DNA from: Sporopachydermia quercuum
Lineage: Eukaryota
Direction of reading: 5' to 3'
DNA: 64,000 nucleotides
Assembly (NCBI GenBank): GCA_001599295.1
Contig: BCGN01000003.1
Location: forward strand, 248,001-312,000
The notes beneath the pieces are model-generated. The model did no database searches. It saw nothing but the letters and a program-made list of their open reading frames with translations, and had not been told where the DNA came from. Position numbers and translations under genes: made by a program. Positions 50,598-63,290 of the stretch are shown piece by piece (within the stretch, counting starts at the first letter, position 1; every line of letters starts with the position of its first letter).

Positions 50598-51950
50598 TTA
50601 CAGTAACAACCATGCCGAACCCCCAATCAAGATAATACCAACAACAGCTGTTATTATGGCAGCACCAACAGTATCACCAGTAGTCAAGTTCAAAGGCTCG
50701 GGTTTTGGGTTAACAGGATAGGTTCCTGCTGCTCCATCACCAGTGGATGATCCACCATCTTTCGATGTATAAGGAGCTGGCCTCTGCCACACCATCAGGT
50801 TCTGTATCACTTCTAGAGCGCTCATTTCTTCTCCAAGTCCATAGTACTCATCATAAGTTCCCAAAAACCAGTTCAATCCACATGTGTGTCCGTCTCTTCC
50901 ACCATCACAAGAAGCCGCAGCTGCTTCAGCAGATGGAATGAGCCAATCAAAAATAGTCTCGTTAAATGATGGAATCATACGAACTGTGAGGCCAAGGAAT
51001 CGTGAAAAAATGGCTCGGAATGATCTTTGATCATTATTGCAGGTTAGAGCCCCTTGACATGCAGCTTCATAAAGAATAGAATTGTTGAAGAAAACTGTAC
51101 TGGCATCCAGTAGATTTTGAGATCTGTTTAACCATTTTTCATCTCCAGTGAAATTGTACATATAAGCACATCCTGATAAAATAAGACCTTGGTTATAAGT
51201 CCATTGGAGCTTATCAAGATCTTCACAATCATCAGTAACACCTGCACCATCGTAAACAAACCACCATTGACCTTGATCAATAAAGCCAACATCTACTAAC
51301 CAATCGTATGTCTTTTCTGCCCAATCAACATAACTTTCATTATCTTGAACAAATCTTGCAAGACGTGCAGCAATATGAAATAGAGCTCCATTGGATACAG
51401 TATTCTTATAATCATAACCGGAGTTCCACTGGAAAATTTGCCATCTTAAACCTCCATTGCAAGTGTCTTCATCCCATCTTGACGCCATAGTATTGAAAAC
51501 AGCTTGCGCTAAATATAACCATTGTGGCTCTTCTGATGGAGGATTTGTAAAATTCCTTTCTGCGGCTTGAATAGCTGCAATACCCCAAAAGGCCTGATCA
51601 TCATTTCCCTCAGTTGTGGATTGATTTGCTGGTACATAATCTTTTGCATCACCTACTTGATACACCATAGCATCGACGATAGTAGAAGTATATGTGTCAT
51701 TCTGAAAAAAGAATGTATAATCTATCATAGAACCCCAAGCGGCTCCTGCTTCCCACCAGTAATATGGGTCTGAAAACATTCCAATAGTTCCACCATACCG
51801 ATCACCCGTGTAATAATCCATAAGACCACCCGCTATCAAATTACATGCTTCACGAATCGAATCAACAGAATTTACATCAAGTTCTAGTGCCGATGTGGTG
51901 ACTGCCATAAGGGCAGCAACTGTTGCTGACACAGTTTTAAAAAATTTCAT
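50598..51950 (-). CDS. DCW1: GH76 GPI-anchored mannosidase/transglycosidase, Dcw1/Dfg5 family (closer to Dcw1)
   Basis: Signal peptide, PYYWWEAGAAWG, catalytic EGNDDQ, GGLRWQIF, hydrophobic C-terminal GPI signal. Confidence 0.85.
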   Translation of the reverse strand: MKFFKTVSATVAALMAVTTSALELDVNSVDSIREACNLIAGGLMDYYTGDRYGGTIGMFSDPYYWWEAGAAWGSMIDYTFFFQNDTYTSTIVDAMVYQVGDAKDYVPANQSTTEGNDDQAFWGIAAIQAAERNFTNPPSEEPQWLYLAQAVFNTMASRWDEDTCNGGLRWQIFQWNSGYDYKNTVSNGALFHIAARLARFVQDNESYVDWAEKTYDWLVDVGFIDQGQWWFVYDGAGVTDDCEDLDKLQWTYNQGLILSGCAYMYNFTGDEKWLNRSQNLLDASTVFFNNSILYEAACQGALTCNNDQRSFRAIFSRFLGLTVRMIPSFNETIFDWLIPSAEAAAASCDGGRDGHTCGLNWFLGTYDEYYGLGEEMSALEVIQNLMVWQRPAPYTSKDGGSSTGDGAAGTYPVNPKPEPLNLTTGDTVGAAIITAVVGIILIGGSAWLLL

Positions 51951-53291
51951 TTTTGTTGTCTCCTTCTCTCTATTAGACGAATCGAGAGTTCAGATTCAAG
52001 GGCTTCTTTTATTTAGTGATTCTTTTCTCTCCCCAGCAGCCTCTTGTTGATTAACTTCTTTTCGAATCTCCCTTATTTTTCAAATTGAGAACCAGAATTT
52101 AAACGAGCGTAACAGTGCTTCTGAATTTCTATCTATCTGACAATCGACCTGTTTATTTATTCATCTATACTGGTTAATATTTATCTCTTTTTTTTTTCTG
52201 ATAGTAACTCTTTATTTCTCGTTCTTTAGTTTCTCAAAACTCTTAATAGCCATAAAAAATGCTTGTCTTTGGTCATTTGCTGAATTTGGACTTGGTTTGG
52301 CTTGGCTAAAGCTTGTGCAGAAGTTAAAATTGAACAATAAGGATCACAAAACGTTTGTATCATTTAAAGTAAATAGTTGAAGTATCTCAGTTATTCTTAT
52401 TGTTTGTTTTATAAGCTGATTGTATACTTTAACTGGTGATGAGTAGGTTGATTGTAATGTAAACACGAATATGTGTTAATAGTTGATTCACAAATCATGA
52501 GGAATCGCAGACTACGTGTGATTATGTGATTGACAAAGTTTTGTTCTTACAATAGATTAGGCTTTGGGTTGAGAGAAATAGACCCTTTTGAAGGTTCACT
52601 CAAAAGCAGGAATATGAGGGACTCAGGGGCTACTTGAGTCTCTAGAGAGCAGTGCATGATTTTAAGGATATTTAGGGATTATATAATCCGATATTCAAGT
52701 CAGATAGACACATAANAAGAAAGGAAATGAAGGGAAAGATGGATCATTCAAGAGAAGTAATCTTTGTATTATTAACATACATTCACACTTATATTACAAT
52801 CAACCTATTCATCACCAGTTAGACTATACCATCAACTTGAATCAAACAGTAGGGAGCTCTAGCTGAAGGCAGAGTCTGGTTAAATGTCAGAGAACAACTG
52901 TTTTATGATGCATGCAGTGATCTTCTGTTTTGATGTGAATCATCAACGAAGGTACCCCAGGAGCTTCGTGTAACTACAATTTACATTTGATTGACGAATG
53001 TATGATGGTTTTGATCGCTAAGAACCCAAGAACAAAGTGATGGCACTAATCTCTCACATATAGGATTTGGATATACTGTTCTAACTAGAATTGATGACAA
53101 ACAAACGTTGACAAAGGGCATCTGATTTATTTGATCGAAACATCTAATGAATCATGATGCTCAAATTCCTGTGTTGTAAATGCCCAAATTAATCGAAGTA
53201 CCTACAAAAGAGTAAACTATTATTAATGATTATTTAACTCCAGAATTAGGAATTTATGTTTATTCATTTAGACCCATTAAATACGTCGAAC

Positions 53292-54136
53292 TTATTTTCT
53301 AGATCTGAATCTTCTTTCAGGACCACGTTGAGTAGAAACTGGGACAATGGAAGTAGGCAACTTGGTGAAACCAAGAGACTTGACTAAGTCAGCAGTAGCA
53401 TCATCGATTTGTAATTGACCCTTGGTGTGAGACAAGTCAAGAGCGGAGACTTCAGGAACGTATTGATCCTTTCTTTCTCTTTCTTCTTCTTGCAACTTGA
53501 AAGAAATACCTCTGACAGGTCCCTTTTGAATACGCTTCATCAAATGGGTGGTGTATCCAGCAATCTTGTTTCTCAATCTCTTGGATTGGATAACAGCGAT
53601 TTCATCACAGAGACGCTTATTGGTTTCGAAATCAAGTGTGAGCTTGGGGTAGTATCGTTCAATAAGAACCTTGGAGGCTCTCTTGACTGTCTTAGTTCTA
53701 ACGCGACCCTATTGGAAAATGTTAGTAATCATGTATCAATAAAACTCACATAATTGGAAAACGAAGAAACTTCGATACTCGACAATAGGATTCGCTGATT
53801 ATCTATCCAGTATGTTGCGATTCAATACTGTCAAATTGCCAATCTCCCACAAATTCTCATGACTGAAATACCAACTTGGTGAACAGTAGTTTCACTTCTA
53901 TATATATATTTTTGATGTTGTTTACAAACTTCAATCATCCCTCAAAATTCAATATAGCGCATAACCTCAACATTCTATGAAACTGAGACCGTCTTATTTT
54001 CCTCTGGATGATGTATTATACCACTCTGTATCATGTTGTATGTTGCCGTTCCTCAGGACCTCTGGTCGCTTCTCGTTCGTTGTTCATGTTATCGTTCACT
54101 TTTCCTCATTTCTCTTCTGATACTAGAACATACCAT
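53292..54136 (-). CDS. RPS17: 40S ribosomal protein eS17 (ATG-only first exon, 139 aa)
   Basis: Exon 1 is ATG at 54136-54134; intron 54133-53709 GTATGT...TACTAAC...TAG; exon 2 [27 protein letters not shown]...[35 protein letters not shown]. Confidence 0.98.
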
Positions 54137-54462
54137 TTTGTATAATTAATGATACTATAGATTGGAAGTTGACCTTATCTAAATCTTCTCAAGAATAAAA
54201 TAATCCAATAGCAACATCAAGTACCTTACTGCGAAACAGAAAGGAAGATCATAGATATATGAAGTATGTAATGGCTTACTCTATTGCGTGGTTGACCTGC
54301 ATCAGTAGCGTGAAACTGCTTCCATGCTGTGCGTGGGTCGGTTTGGGGTCTGTNGCAAAATTGCTAGTTTTCCAACGAAAACTAGAACTTACACTATTAG
54401 TGCTGGAATATACGCAAACGTTCCTAAAAGTTCATATATCAACCTGAAGACCTCTTTTAAAA

Positions 54463-54522
54463 CACGTGCATACACGTGATATTTAAAAGGCATACATGCA
54501 ATCTACTATAACAACCGGGTAA
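54463..54522. promoter_or_regulatory. Divergent RPS17/ADA2 promoter: two CACGTG E-boxes and a Reb1-type site
   Basis: CACGTG at 54463 and 54473; CCGGGTAA at 54515. Confidence 0.55.
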
Positions 54523-54702
54523 CGCTCAAGCTAGTTTAATCTCTAGAACTTTCATAAAACACCACTTCATTCGCAAGTAGAGTAATGACCCAAGTTTTGC
54601 CAGAGTATACAAATGACTCATATTCAAAGTGCTGTCTTTGTCATAATTATTGTAGATTGATATATTATTTAGGGTGAAATAGAGCATGGAACTAGTTATC
54701 AA

Positions 54703-56282
54703 ATGACAGTGATTCATCGTCAAAACCCTCCGTCAAATCCGTTATTGACAACGGAACCTGGCGTGAAGTATGTACACACCGTTTGTTCCTGTTTCCTAGG
54801 TGCCACTAACTTGGAAGGACAGAACTTGAGGTCTCCTTACCTGAAGTTCTTCCTGAACAAGATTGATCAAGGACCATGTTTGTTTGATTCAAATTTTATT
54901 ATGATTACTAACTCAATTGCTTTTACAGGTTTCATTGTGATATATGTTCTTGTGACTGTACTAATTTGGTGCGGATAAAGTGTGCTGAATGTCAGGATTA
55001 TGATCTCTGTGTATTATGTTTCAGCGAGGGTAAAGCATCAGGTACTCATAAACCATGGCATCCTTATATGGTAGTGGAACAGCATGCGTATCCCATTTTC
55101 GCTGAAGATTGGGGTGCAGATGAAGAGTTACTGTTGATCGAAGGTGCTCAAACGTATGGCTTGGGTAACTGGCAAGATATCTCTACTCACATTGGCGGAA
55201 GAACTAAAGAAGAAGTTGGAAAACACTACATTGATGTATATATAAACAGTTCAATGTATCCTCTACCGGAGATGAATCTTGACTTCAGCTACATAACACC
55301 AAGTGAATTTGCTGCACGGAAGAAATCTCGATTAGATGAACGGAAAAGCAATTACGTGCTGCCAGTTCCAAAACAGAAGCCTACCGCATCTGTTCCTTCT
55401 TGTCATGAAGTTCAAGGATTTATGCCTGGTAGACTGGAGTTTGAACAGGAACATGAAAATGAAGCAGAGACTACTGTGAAGGATATGGTGTTCGATGCAG
55501 ATGATACAGAACAAGATATAGAATTAAAACTCACTATACTTGACATATATAATCAACGACTGACAGCCAGGGCCGAAAGAAAGAGAGCAATGTTCGTGCA
55601 CAATCTTTTAGATTACCGAAAGAATATAGCGATAGAGAAAAAGAAGACTAAAGAAGAAAGGGAGTTGGTCAATAAAATCAAATCTTTTGCTAGGTTAATG
55701 ACGCATCAGGACTATGTGGAGTTTAGTGAAGGAATGCTGACCGAATTACAATGCAGGAAAAGAATTGCTGAATTGCAGGAATACAGAAGGAATGGTATAA
55801 CTAACCTGGAGGTTGCTCAAAAGTATGAACGTGATAAACAAGCTAGAAGTAACTTACTTTCCAAGTTTGGTATTCCTGGTGCGGGACTATCGTTACCCCC
55901 AAGTAGACATACCCATAACTCATTAACCACATCTTCTTACAGAACTGGTAGAGGCAGCTCATTCAATTCGCCAGCACCGGAGTTCAATGATAATAGCAAT
56001 CATAAATCATCAAATGTGAAGAAAAATACGCCAAGTCCATTAGACATATCAAATGCTCCTGATGTAAATCTATTGAGCCCTGAGGAACAACAGCTTTGTA
56101 GTCAATTGCGTATAATGCCTAAACCATACTTAGCAATCAAAGAGACGCTGTTCCGTGAATTATTACGAACTGGTGGGGTTCTGAAGAAGAGAGCAGCTAG
56201 GGAACTTATTAAAATAGATGTCAACAAAACAGGGAAGATTTACGAATTTTTCCAAGCACAGAAATGGCTATCTTCTCCATGA
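54703..56282 (+). CDS. ADA2: SAGA/ADA adaptor Ada2 (2 exons, 472 aa)
   Basis: Exons 54703-54767 and 54929-56282; ZZ finger KFHCDICSCDCT..C..C..YDLC, SANT WGADEELLLIEG, GFMPGRLEFE, SWIRM IDVNKTGKIYEFF. Confidence 0.97.
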
Positions 56283-56832
56283 AACTTTTTACAAACAGAA
56301 CTGTGTGTCTTCCTTAATGAAACATCAGAAAACACACAGAGGGAAAACAAACTAAACAGTTATGCATTGAATGCATATCTATGTACTATATAATGTTAAA
56401 TCAATGAAACAATTTTCACTCAGTGGCTACTGGCTACTTTTTTGGCTACTTTTTCGTCATTGAGACTCCTCCAGTGTCCCATCTAAAGGTCCCCTCTCTT
56501 GTACATCCACTATCTCGAATAAACCCTACCCCACCCTTCACATATTATCACGTAATCCTCAATTATAACACATTGAGCCCCAATACGGTAAGTTAATTTC
56601 AGTCCTAAAATGTAAAAGGACAGACAATCAATATATCTTCTTCGTAAATGTACCATGTCAGTGTAGCATTGACATTATTGATCTAACAGAATGTATAATG
56701 AAAGGATTACATTTACTCAATCAAACTGTAAGAGTAGATACTGGGATGAGCCATTGATTGTATTATAATAAAATTTGTGTTTCTAAGCTAACTTGAAATC
56801 AATTCCAGAGTAGTGTTAATGTTTATGTCAAA

Positions 56833-57798
56833 ATGAAACTAGGAACGCTTACCACCGGAATATTGATGATCGTCCCAGCTGCATGGGCAAGAGAAAAAGA
56901 TGATATGTATCCGTTAGACAAAGGATCTATGCCAGTTTTTGCTGATTACCATAAAGGAGAAAAACTACCTGTTGATTGTATTTCACGTCATATCGACAGT
57001 GGAGAGCATAAATTTGATGCTGAAGGTATGCTTGATTTCATCAGAGCAGAATCATGATAATGGGCGGTACGGTCTGACGACAAGGCTTACTGCTAGCAAG
57101 TTGGTTATAGATTCATTAAATATATTAACAATATCTTAGGTAATATCATATATTCTGATTTTCCCAAATGTAGGGAAACAGGCGAGCCTTTAACATTTCA
57201 GTACGGTGTCGATGAAGATTTCAACTGCTCAATTGGATTCACCGATGAGCTTTTTCACCTATTTCAACTTTACATACATGAAGATGCACCAATGTCATGT
57301 CGGGTTCCTGTGTCAAAGGAAGGAAAAGTATACATTCCTTTGACTTTCAATATAAGAGGATATATTCAGGAAAGTCATTTAGATATTGATTCTGCTCTCA
57401 ATGTTGTGTTTCATGAATCGAAAACAGGTAATTATCCCATAGCTGGAATTGCATATAGTGGTGGAACCCAAACTCATAGATATATTATTGGTGATTTCAT
57501 GACACTACAATTGAGTACAAGATGGATCACTCCTAAAGTTGGACATACATTAATTAAGAATAAATTCAATGAAGACTTAATGTTCTATACTTTACCATTT
57601 GGAATTGGTCACTCTTACCATTCAGGCACTACAACTATTTTGTATTGTTTTGCTACATTTATTCTTACTATAGTTGCTGGTTCATTATATGTCTTTCGAC
57701 AAGTTATTCCAGCACGTCTAAAGAGAGAAAATACTGGACAGGGAAGCAGTAGTGCGTTTGTCTTTGGAGGCTCTGCTGAAGATGCGAAAACGGATTAA
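56833..57798 (+). CDS. Uncharacterised fungal type I membrane protein (2 exons, 283 aa)
   Basis: Exons 56833-57025 and 57140-57798; intron GTATGC...TATTAAC...TAG joins two ORFs in frame; signal peptide, four luminal Cys, one C-terminal TM. Confidence 0.8.
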
Positions 57799-57936
57799 AG
57801 TAAAGAACATGTTCTTAGTGAGAATGAATATTTGTTAAATTCAGCAAAATCTGTATCATAATATACCGTAATACATACATTTTCAGTCTATTCTTTCATA
57901 TTCTGCAAACTAGCAGAATGTATAATTACTACTGGA

Positions 57937-59435
57937 TCATTTTCTTGCCTGAGTTTGAACCTTCTGAATATATGCTTTGAGCACAATTTGAAGATTAGTA
58001 TCTAGATCCTTTTGCTCTAAGTACCCTTGTAAGATATCAATAAACATATCATTAACATCTTTTTCAATATCATTTTTGTTTGAACTTTTGAATGCGTACT
58101 TATTCTTGTTTAGATGGGCCATATATTTGTTGAATGTAAGTTTGAGACTGTCAGGGAATTCTTTCTGAGTATAAACAACATGTCTTAATGGTAATGTGAT
58201 ATCCCAGATCAATACTTGAGATGGAATATCAACTTCTGCACCTTTGAATACCTTGAAAAGATGCTCAATCAAATGATTGCATAANTAACTTCTGTTCAAC
58301 ACCTCAAACTTATCAAAGAGTTGTAAGAATGAACTTGAAATGCTTAATGAATATTGTTCTGGTTTGCTTTGCTTTAACATATCTGCAAAGGACGGTTCTT
58401 TAGTAGAGACAAAGCCATGCTCCTTACAGTAGCTAGTCAATAAGGAATTCAAAGCTATCTCAAAGATAGTAAGGGCTACATCACCTCTCAAAGCAGGATT
58501 TGACTCCACATCACCCAACACTTCCATTTCTGCTTCAGGTAATCTCTCTAGTTGTTTCAAGAAGAAACCGGAATTATCTTCCGATTCAGCTTCAGGAAGT
58601 TTCATTGTGCTGTCATCTTCATTATCGCTTTCTTCTCCAATCTTAGTGACAGCTGGCTCTTTATCTTCTTTGGGGTTACTAAGTAGTCCCAGTACCTTTC
58701 TTCTACTAATCAGTTTAGACACATAGATCAGTTCTAACTTAGCATATTCAATCCATAAAACCAAAGAATCGGTATTAAATCTCAATGCTCTTTGAAGGAC
58801 TGTTCTCGCACCAGAAATGTTAGAATGTTCTTCTATTTGGAAATTGGCTGCCGCAATCCATACAGCTTCATTATGGGGTTGCAAGGCTAACAACTGGGAA
58901 TAGATTTTGATTAGCTTTTTTCTTGATTTGTTCTTTTTAGCATACTTGATATAGGAATTCCAAATTGACATATTTCCCTGGTATTTCCTGACTGCCCTGT
59001 CATAAATGAAAAATACTCTTCTTGGTCCGGCCCAGTCTGAAACACTTGGACGACTATCTACGAGTTTTCTTCCATCGTTCAAGATTACTTTCCTCAGTCG
59101 GTTGAACCTTTTCCTCCGCAGTTCTTCCAAGTTTGCTTCAAATTCTGCGTACTTAACAAAATCCAAAGGTCTAGATGATCTACCTGTTATTCTTTGTTCG
59201 AAATCAGTTCGTTTTTTCATGATCTTCTTGACTTCCTGCTTGTCGAAAAGGTTTTTTCTTAGCAGGTCTTCCAACTCAGGAACAGACTATTAATTCGCAA
59301 TGTTAGTAATACCGTTTTCTGTTACGCTTTCCACTTCCAACTAGATACCAATATATTTAACGTATAATAAGCACAATGCTATTGCTTCCTCTGTAGACAT
59401 ACCTGTTCCATATAGTACCGAACCTTTTCAGCCAT
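57937..59435 (-). CDS. UTP6: U3 snoRNP / SSU processome HAT protein Utp6 (2 exons, 460 aa)
   Basis: Exons 59435-59403 (MAEKVRYYMEQ) and 59286-57937 (SVPELEDL..IMKKRTDFE); HAT repeats; NPALRGDVAL; RPS17-ADA2-UTP6 synteny. Confidence 0.95.
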
Positions 59436-60264
59436 TTCTGATCAAATTTTCAATAAACTACACAGAATAACAATCAATCACTTGCAAATATGAACAGCGA
59501 AATAAATCAATAGATTATCAGTAGAACAAATCTGATTGTACAGTAGTTTTACATCAAAAAGTAAAAAGCCTGTTGATAGGCACACTAAAAGAATTTTTCC
59601 CTCTCCCTTAATCTGAAATAAAAGCGCTTCAAAAAGGAGCTATACATCATGTGACTTGACGTCTGTCCGTAAACATGGGGTACACTTATTAGTACAATGA
59701 TATTATTTGTTTATACAAAAATTACTTACTATGGGATGAGGTAAAGGTTGCAGTAAATGTCTGCCTCATTCTGTCCGGTAATATAGGGACTGCATGTTAT
59801 TCATCAATAAATATGGATCACTATGAATGAAAGGAGAACCATATTACATATAAATATATGGATAGTTAATTATGTGTTGGCTACAAATAACTTGACCAGT
59901 AGCGTCGAAGGAAAATAGTTTTGTCTGACCACGACAGAGGGAAGGACAGTGTGAACGGAACAGACCTAAGAAGGGTTGTCGATCAACTTGAAGATTGATG
60001 TACCAGTGTGACCTTAATTGTTGATGGGTCAATTATAGTTGATTTTAACTACTTCTTTGTTCAACCCCTTCTGGCAAAATCAAACAGGGTAAGAAAATGG
60101 ACTTATACTTAAGTTTGATCTAATTATATATATGAAAAGAATTCAATTATGGTCTCGTCTATATTGAATTGTTCGGGCACACCATTTACCTCGATCTCAA
60201 AATGCTGTTGGTACAATCAAAGGGAATAATGATGCTGACTGTTCGGCTCCCATGGAACAATCCT

Positions 60265-60619
60265 CTATTCAATGTCTGCCAAAATCTTATCAATAGGCAT
60301 TTTATGCATATACTTTATCGTCTTAGTATTATCCTTATCAATGTGGAGCACAGGGATATCAAACATCTATAATCAATAATTAGTATAGAGAGCGATACGT
60401 AAATACCTAGAATTCCACTGAGATAACATCAATTTCTTTACTTACATAAATATCAAACCAGTTTTTGTTCTCAGGCTTTGATATATCAACCTCACTGTAT
60501 TCTACGTCCTCTGGTAGGACAGCAAGTAATTGACTTTTAGCTTCATGGCATAATGCACATTCTCTCTTAGTGTATAATGTAAGCTTAGCCCTAGACATCA
60601 AAGGACGAAACATCCGCAT
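60265..60619 (-). CDS. Glutaredoxin-like protein (YDR286C/C5orf63-like; 2 exons, 91 aa)
   Basis: Exons 60619-60446 and 60366-60265; LTLYTKRECALCHEAK (CxxC), WFDIY|MFDIPVLHI; Arg-rich N-terminus resembling a mitochondrial presequence. Confidence 0.85.
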
Positions 60620-60844
60620 TACGAATTACTGGTTATATTTCAATGATTATAATCTGATCAGCACTCAAACACACGAATCAGCCAAATTTGAGGCTGGCTT
60701 ATCAATATCATTATCAATATTTACTTATATTTACTTCTATAAAAGGATCAACCAGAAAACTAGATAGTAATAAATCTACCATGATGGAGAAAAATCACTT
60801 CATAGGAATAGAAAGTACACTTGGAGTCTCATCCTGGTTCATCA

Positions 60845-61937
60845 TCAAGCAAATTTGCCCATCCATTCACTCAATTTCTCAACCATTTCCGGAGTACACT
60901 TATGTCCAGTATTGGATTGCTCATCAAATACGTAATCTCTTGTTGGATACTTTGATTTGAGATCAGAAAAGAAAGTTTTAGAATATATTGGGGGCACCAA
61001 TGGGTCATCTTGACCGTGCAATGATAACACTGGAATATCTGGGAACTTTTCGGTCACTGCCTTATCTACAGCACTTAGATAAGAGTGATATTTTCTAGGG
61101 AACCATTGATCAATTAGCTGATAAACTTCACTATTATCAGAGTGTGATACAATGCTATCAATAATATCATCATAAGACAAATCATACAGTTTTGTTAGTT
61201 GTCCTTCACTTACTTTTACTCCTGTCAATTGCCCTTTATTCTCTTGCAACCACGTGATCGAATCTCGAACTCGATTCCAAAATAAAGAACTCAAATCTGT
61301 AGATCCAATCATCGGAGCTATACCATGTAAATGAGCTTCAGGATGTAGAGATAATCTGTAAGAAGTATGTCCTCCTAGAGAGATTCCCGAAGCAAAGTTG
61401 ATGTGAACAAATTGCGGCAAGTAAACTGGTAAGTAGTTGATAAGGACTAATATTTCATTAACGGCAACATCTGTAACAGTTAATATCATGGAATCCATTG
61501 GTTTACAAATCAATTGAACAGAATTAATTGTGAATAATACTCACCAATCAAAGAGACCGTATCCATTCTACATAGATAAATATATTTTATTGTTAGCATA
61601 GAAATTTAAAAGGCTATTCAAGACAAAATTTCATTGTTACTTACATATGAGTCTCATTACTTTGAATTAAGCCAAGATTGGCATTATGATTAATCAACCG
61701 TGTTCCATGATTAGGCATATCAAAAGTGACAGCAATAAGACCAACTTTAACAGCTTTTTGATAATATTTATCAATCACAGAATAAGCTACTTCCTCTGTA
61801 GATAGATATGTGTTGAGTCTACCATGGAACAAGTATAGAACATTCACTGTTTTGTACACATCCTTGACCCTGTTCAAACCATAAATATATGTTCTGATCC
61901 CAGCAATGTCTAAAGTGGTTTTATCCGTTTCCGTCAT
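60845..61937 (-). CDS. Alpha/beta hydrolase (3 exons, 313 aa)
   Basis: Exons 61937-61645, 61567-61545, 61470-60845; FHGR, FDMPNHGTR, nucleophile GISLGG, HGQDDPLVP, GH. Confidence 0.85.
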
Positions 61938-63070
61938 TTTTCATAGAGATTAGTCTAAATAGATTTACAATTGCTCTTGCAACAAGTAATATACTGAGTA
62001 ATAAAAAACCCATTCAACAGATAATCTATTCATGTTGAGCAGTTGAAGAACAAAATTCATCAGACTCAAATCTAGGGGCAATGAAGAGAACTACGGAGAT
62101 TGTAAGTCATGTGAATGGGGTATATTGCGGAAATGATACTTCATCTGATATGTGGGGTCGAGGAGGAATTGTGACTCCTAAGGAATAAAACAATTAATAA
62201 CAATGCAAGAATAAATAAATAGAACTTACTGAATTACAGAGAACGAGAAAGAGTATTCAACTGATGGTATTTACTACCAGAACAATGCTTGATGGAACAT
62301 TATCACTTTCTCTGGCTACCATTCCCACTCCCCAATTGAGACCCTCAATGAAATTTTATCATGGAACTTGGCATCAATATACTTACTTGTGCAAATGACA
62401 AAACATGCCACCTTCTTCTTACTTACCCCAGATTAATTTCGAACCCTTCTCCAACTTTCATAATATCTTTCTTTGCTGTTCATTCCGATTTATTCCTTTT
62501 CGTTCAAGCCCATATTCAGTCCGACTCGGACCTCTTACCTTATCAAATGCCCTTATATATATATATCATCTTTATCGGCACTAAGAGATAAAAACCTTAT
62601 TCCAGTTTAAGAAATGTTGTGGCGCGGAATTGAACAAAGTTCATCCTACAAGGTGGGGAAAATGATGTGCTGTTGTATTAGAAACGTGCTTCGTCGGAAG
62701 AAACAGAAACAAAAAGCACTTTTCAGAGAAGAAATTAGTAATATGTATGCCCTATAGAAGAATTAGGAACTATCAAATTGAATGGTTTGGCCTATGAAGC
62801 TTACAATGATACGTGTAAGATATTGCCGAGAACAGCAGTAGCATTATTAACCACATAATTTGATGTGAATAAAAGTCTAAACATCAGCCGTCCAAAGACT
62901 CTTTCAATCAAACACATTGGTCCAAAAACAATTTGTACCAGTTAGGTATTAACGGGAGTGAAGAGGATTTGGAAGCATTTATTATGATTTCAAGTCATTA
63001 TGAGTCGGTCACCAGCTTTTGGACAATTTTTTTGTACATGTGAAAGTTTTCTATTATAGTTTACTTATCA

Positions 63071-63180
63071 TATAAATAAAGAAGCATCATCAGTCAAGAG
63101 GCCTCTTTCTTTATCTCTTTTTTTTTTTTTTTTTTTTTTGGTTGATAAACATCTGAACAGCTGAGATAATATCTATAAAA
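63071..63180 (+). promoter_or_regulatory. TATA boxes and poly(dT) tract upstream of small ORF
   Basis: TATAAATA at 63071, T22 at 63118-63139, TATAAAA at 63174. Confidence 0.55.
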
Positions 63181-63290
63181 CATCAATTATTTCCTACCTG
63201 TGTCTTACCACTAAGGTGTTCATTACTTGTATTTATTATTATTTTGACAAGTGTGAAAATTCCACAACTTCAAACAAACCAGTATCAGCC

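Noticed and set aside
55100..55445. Possible CUG codon reassignment
   Set aside because: CTG encodes conserved Leu positions in ADA2 (EELLLIEG, GRLEFE) and ERV1 (WLC), so the standard code applies
19052..56282. MED20, SPT3 and ADA2 as a coactivator gene cluster
   Set aside because: ADA2 is over 30 kb away among unrelated genes, and no shared element was seen
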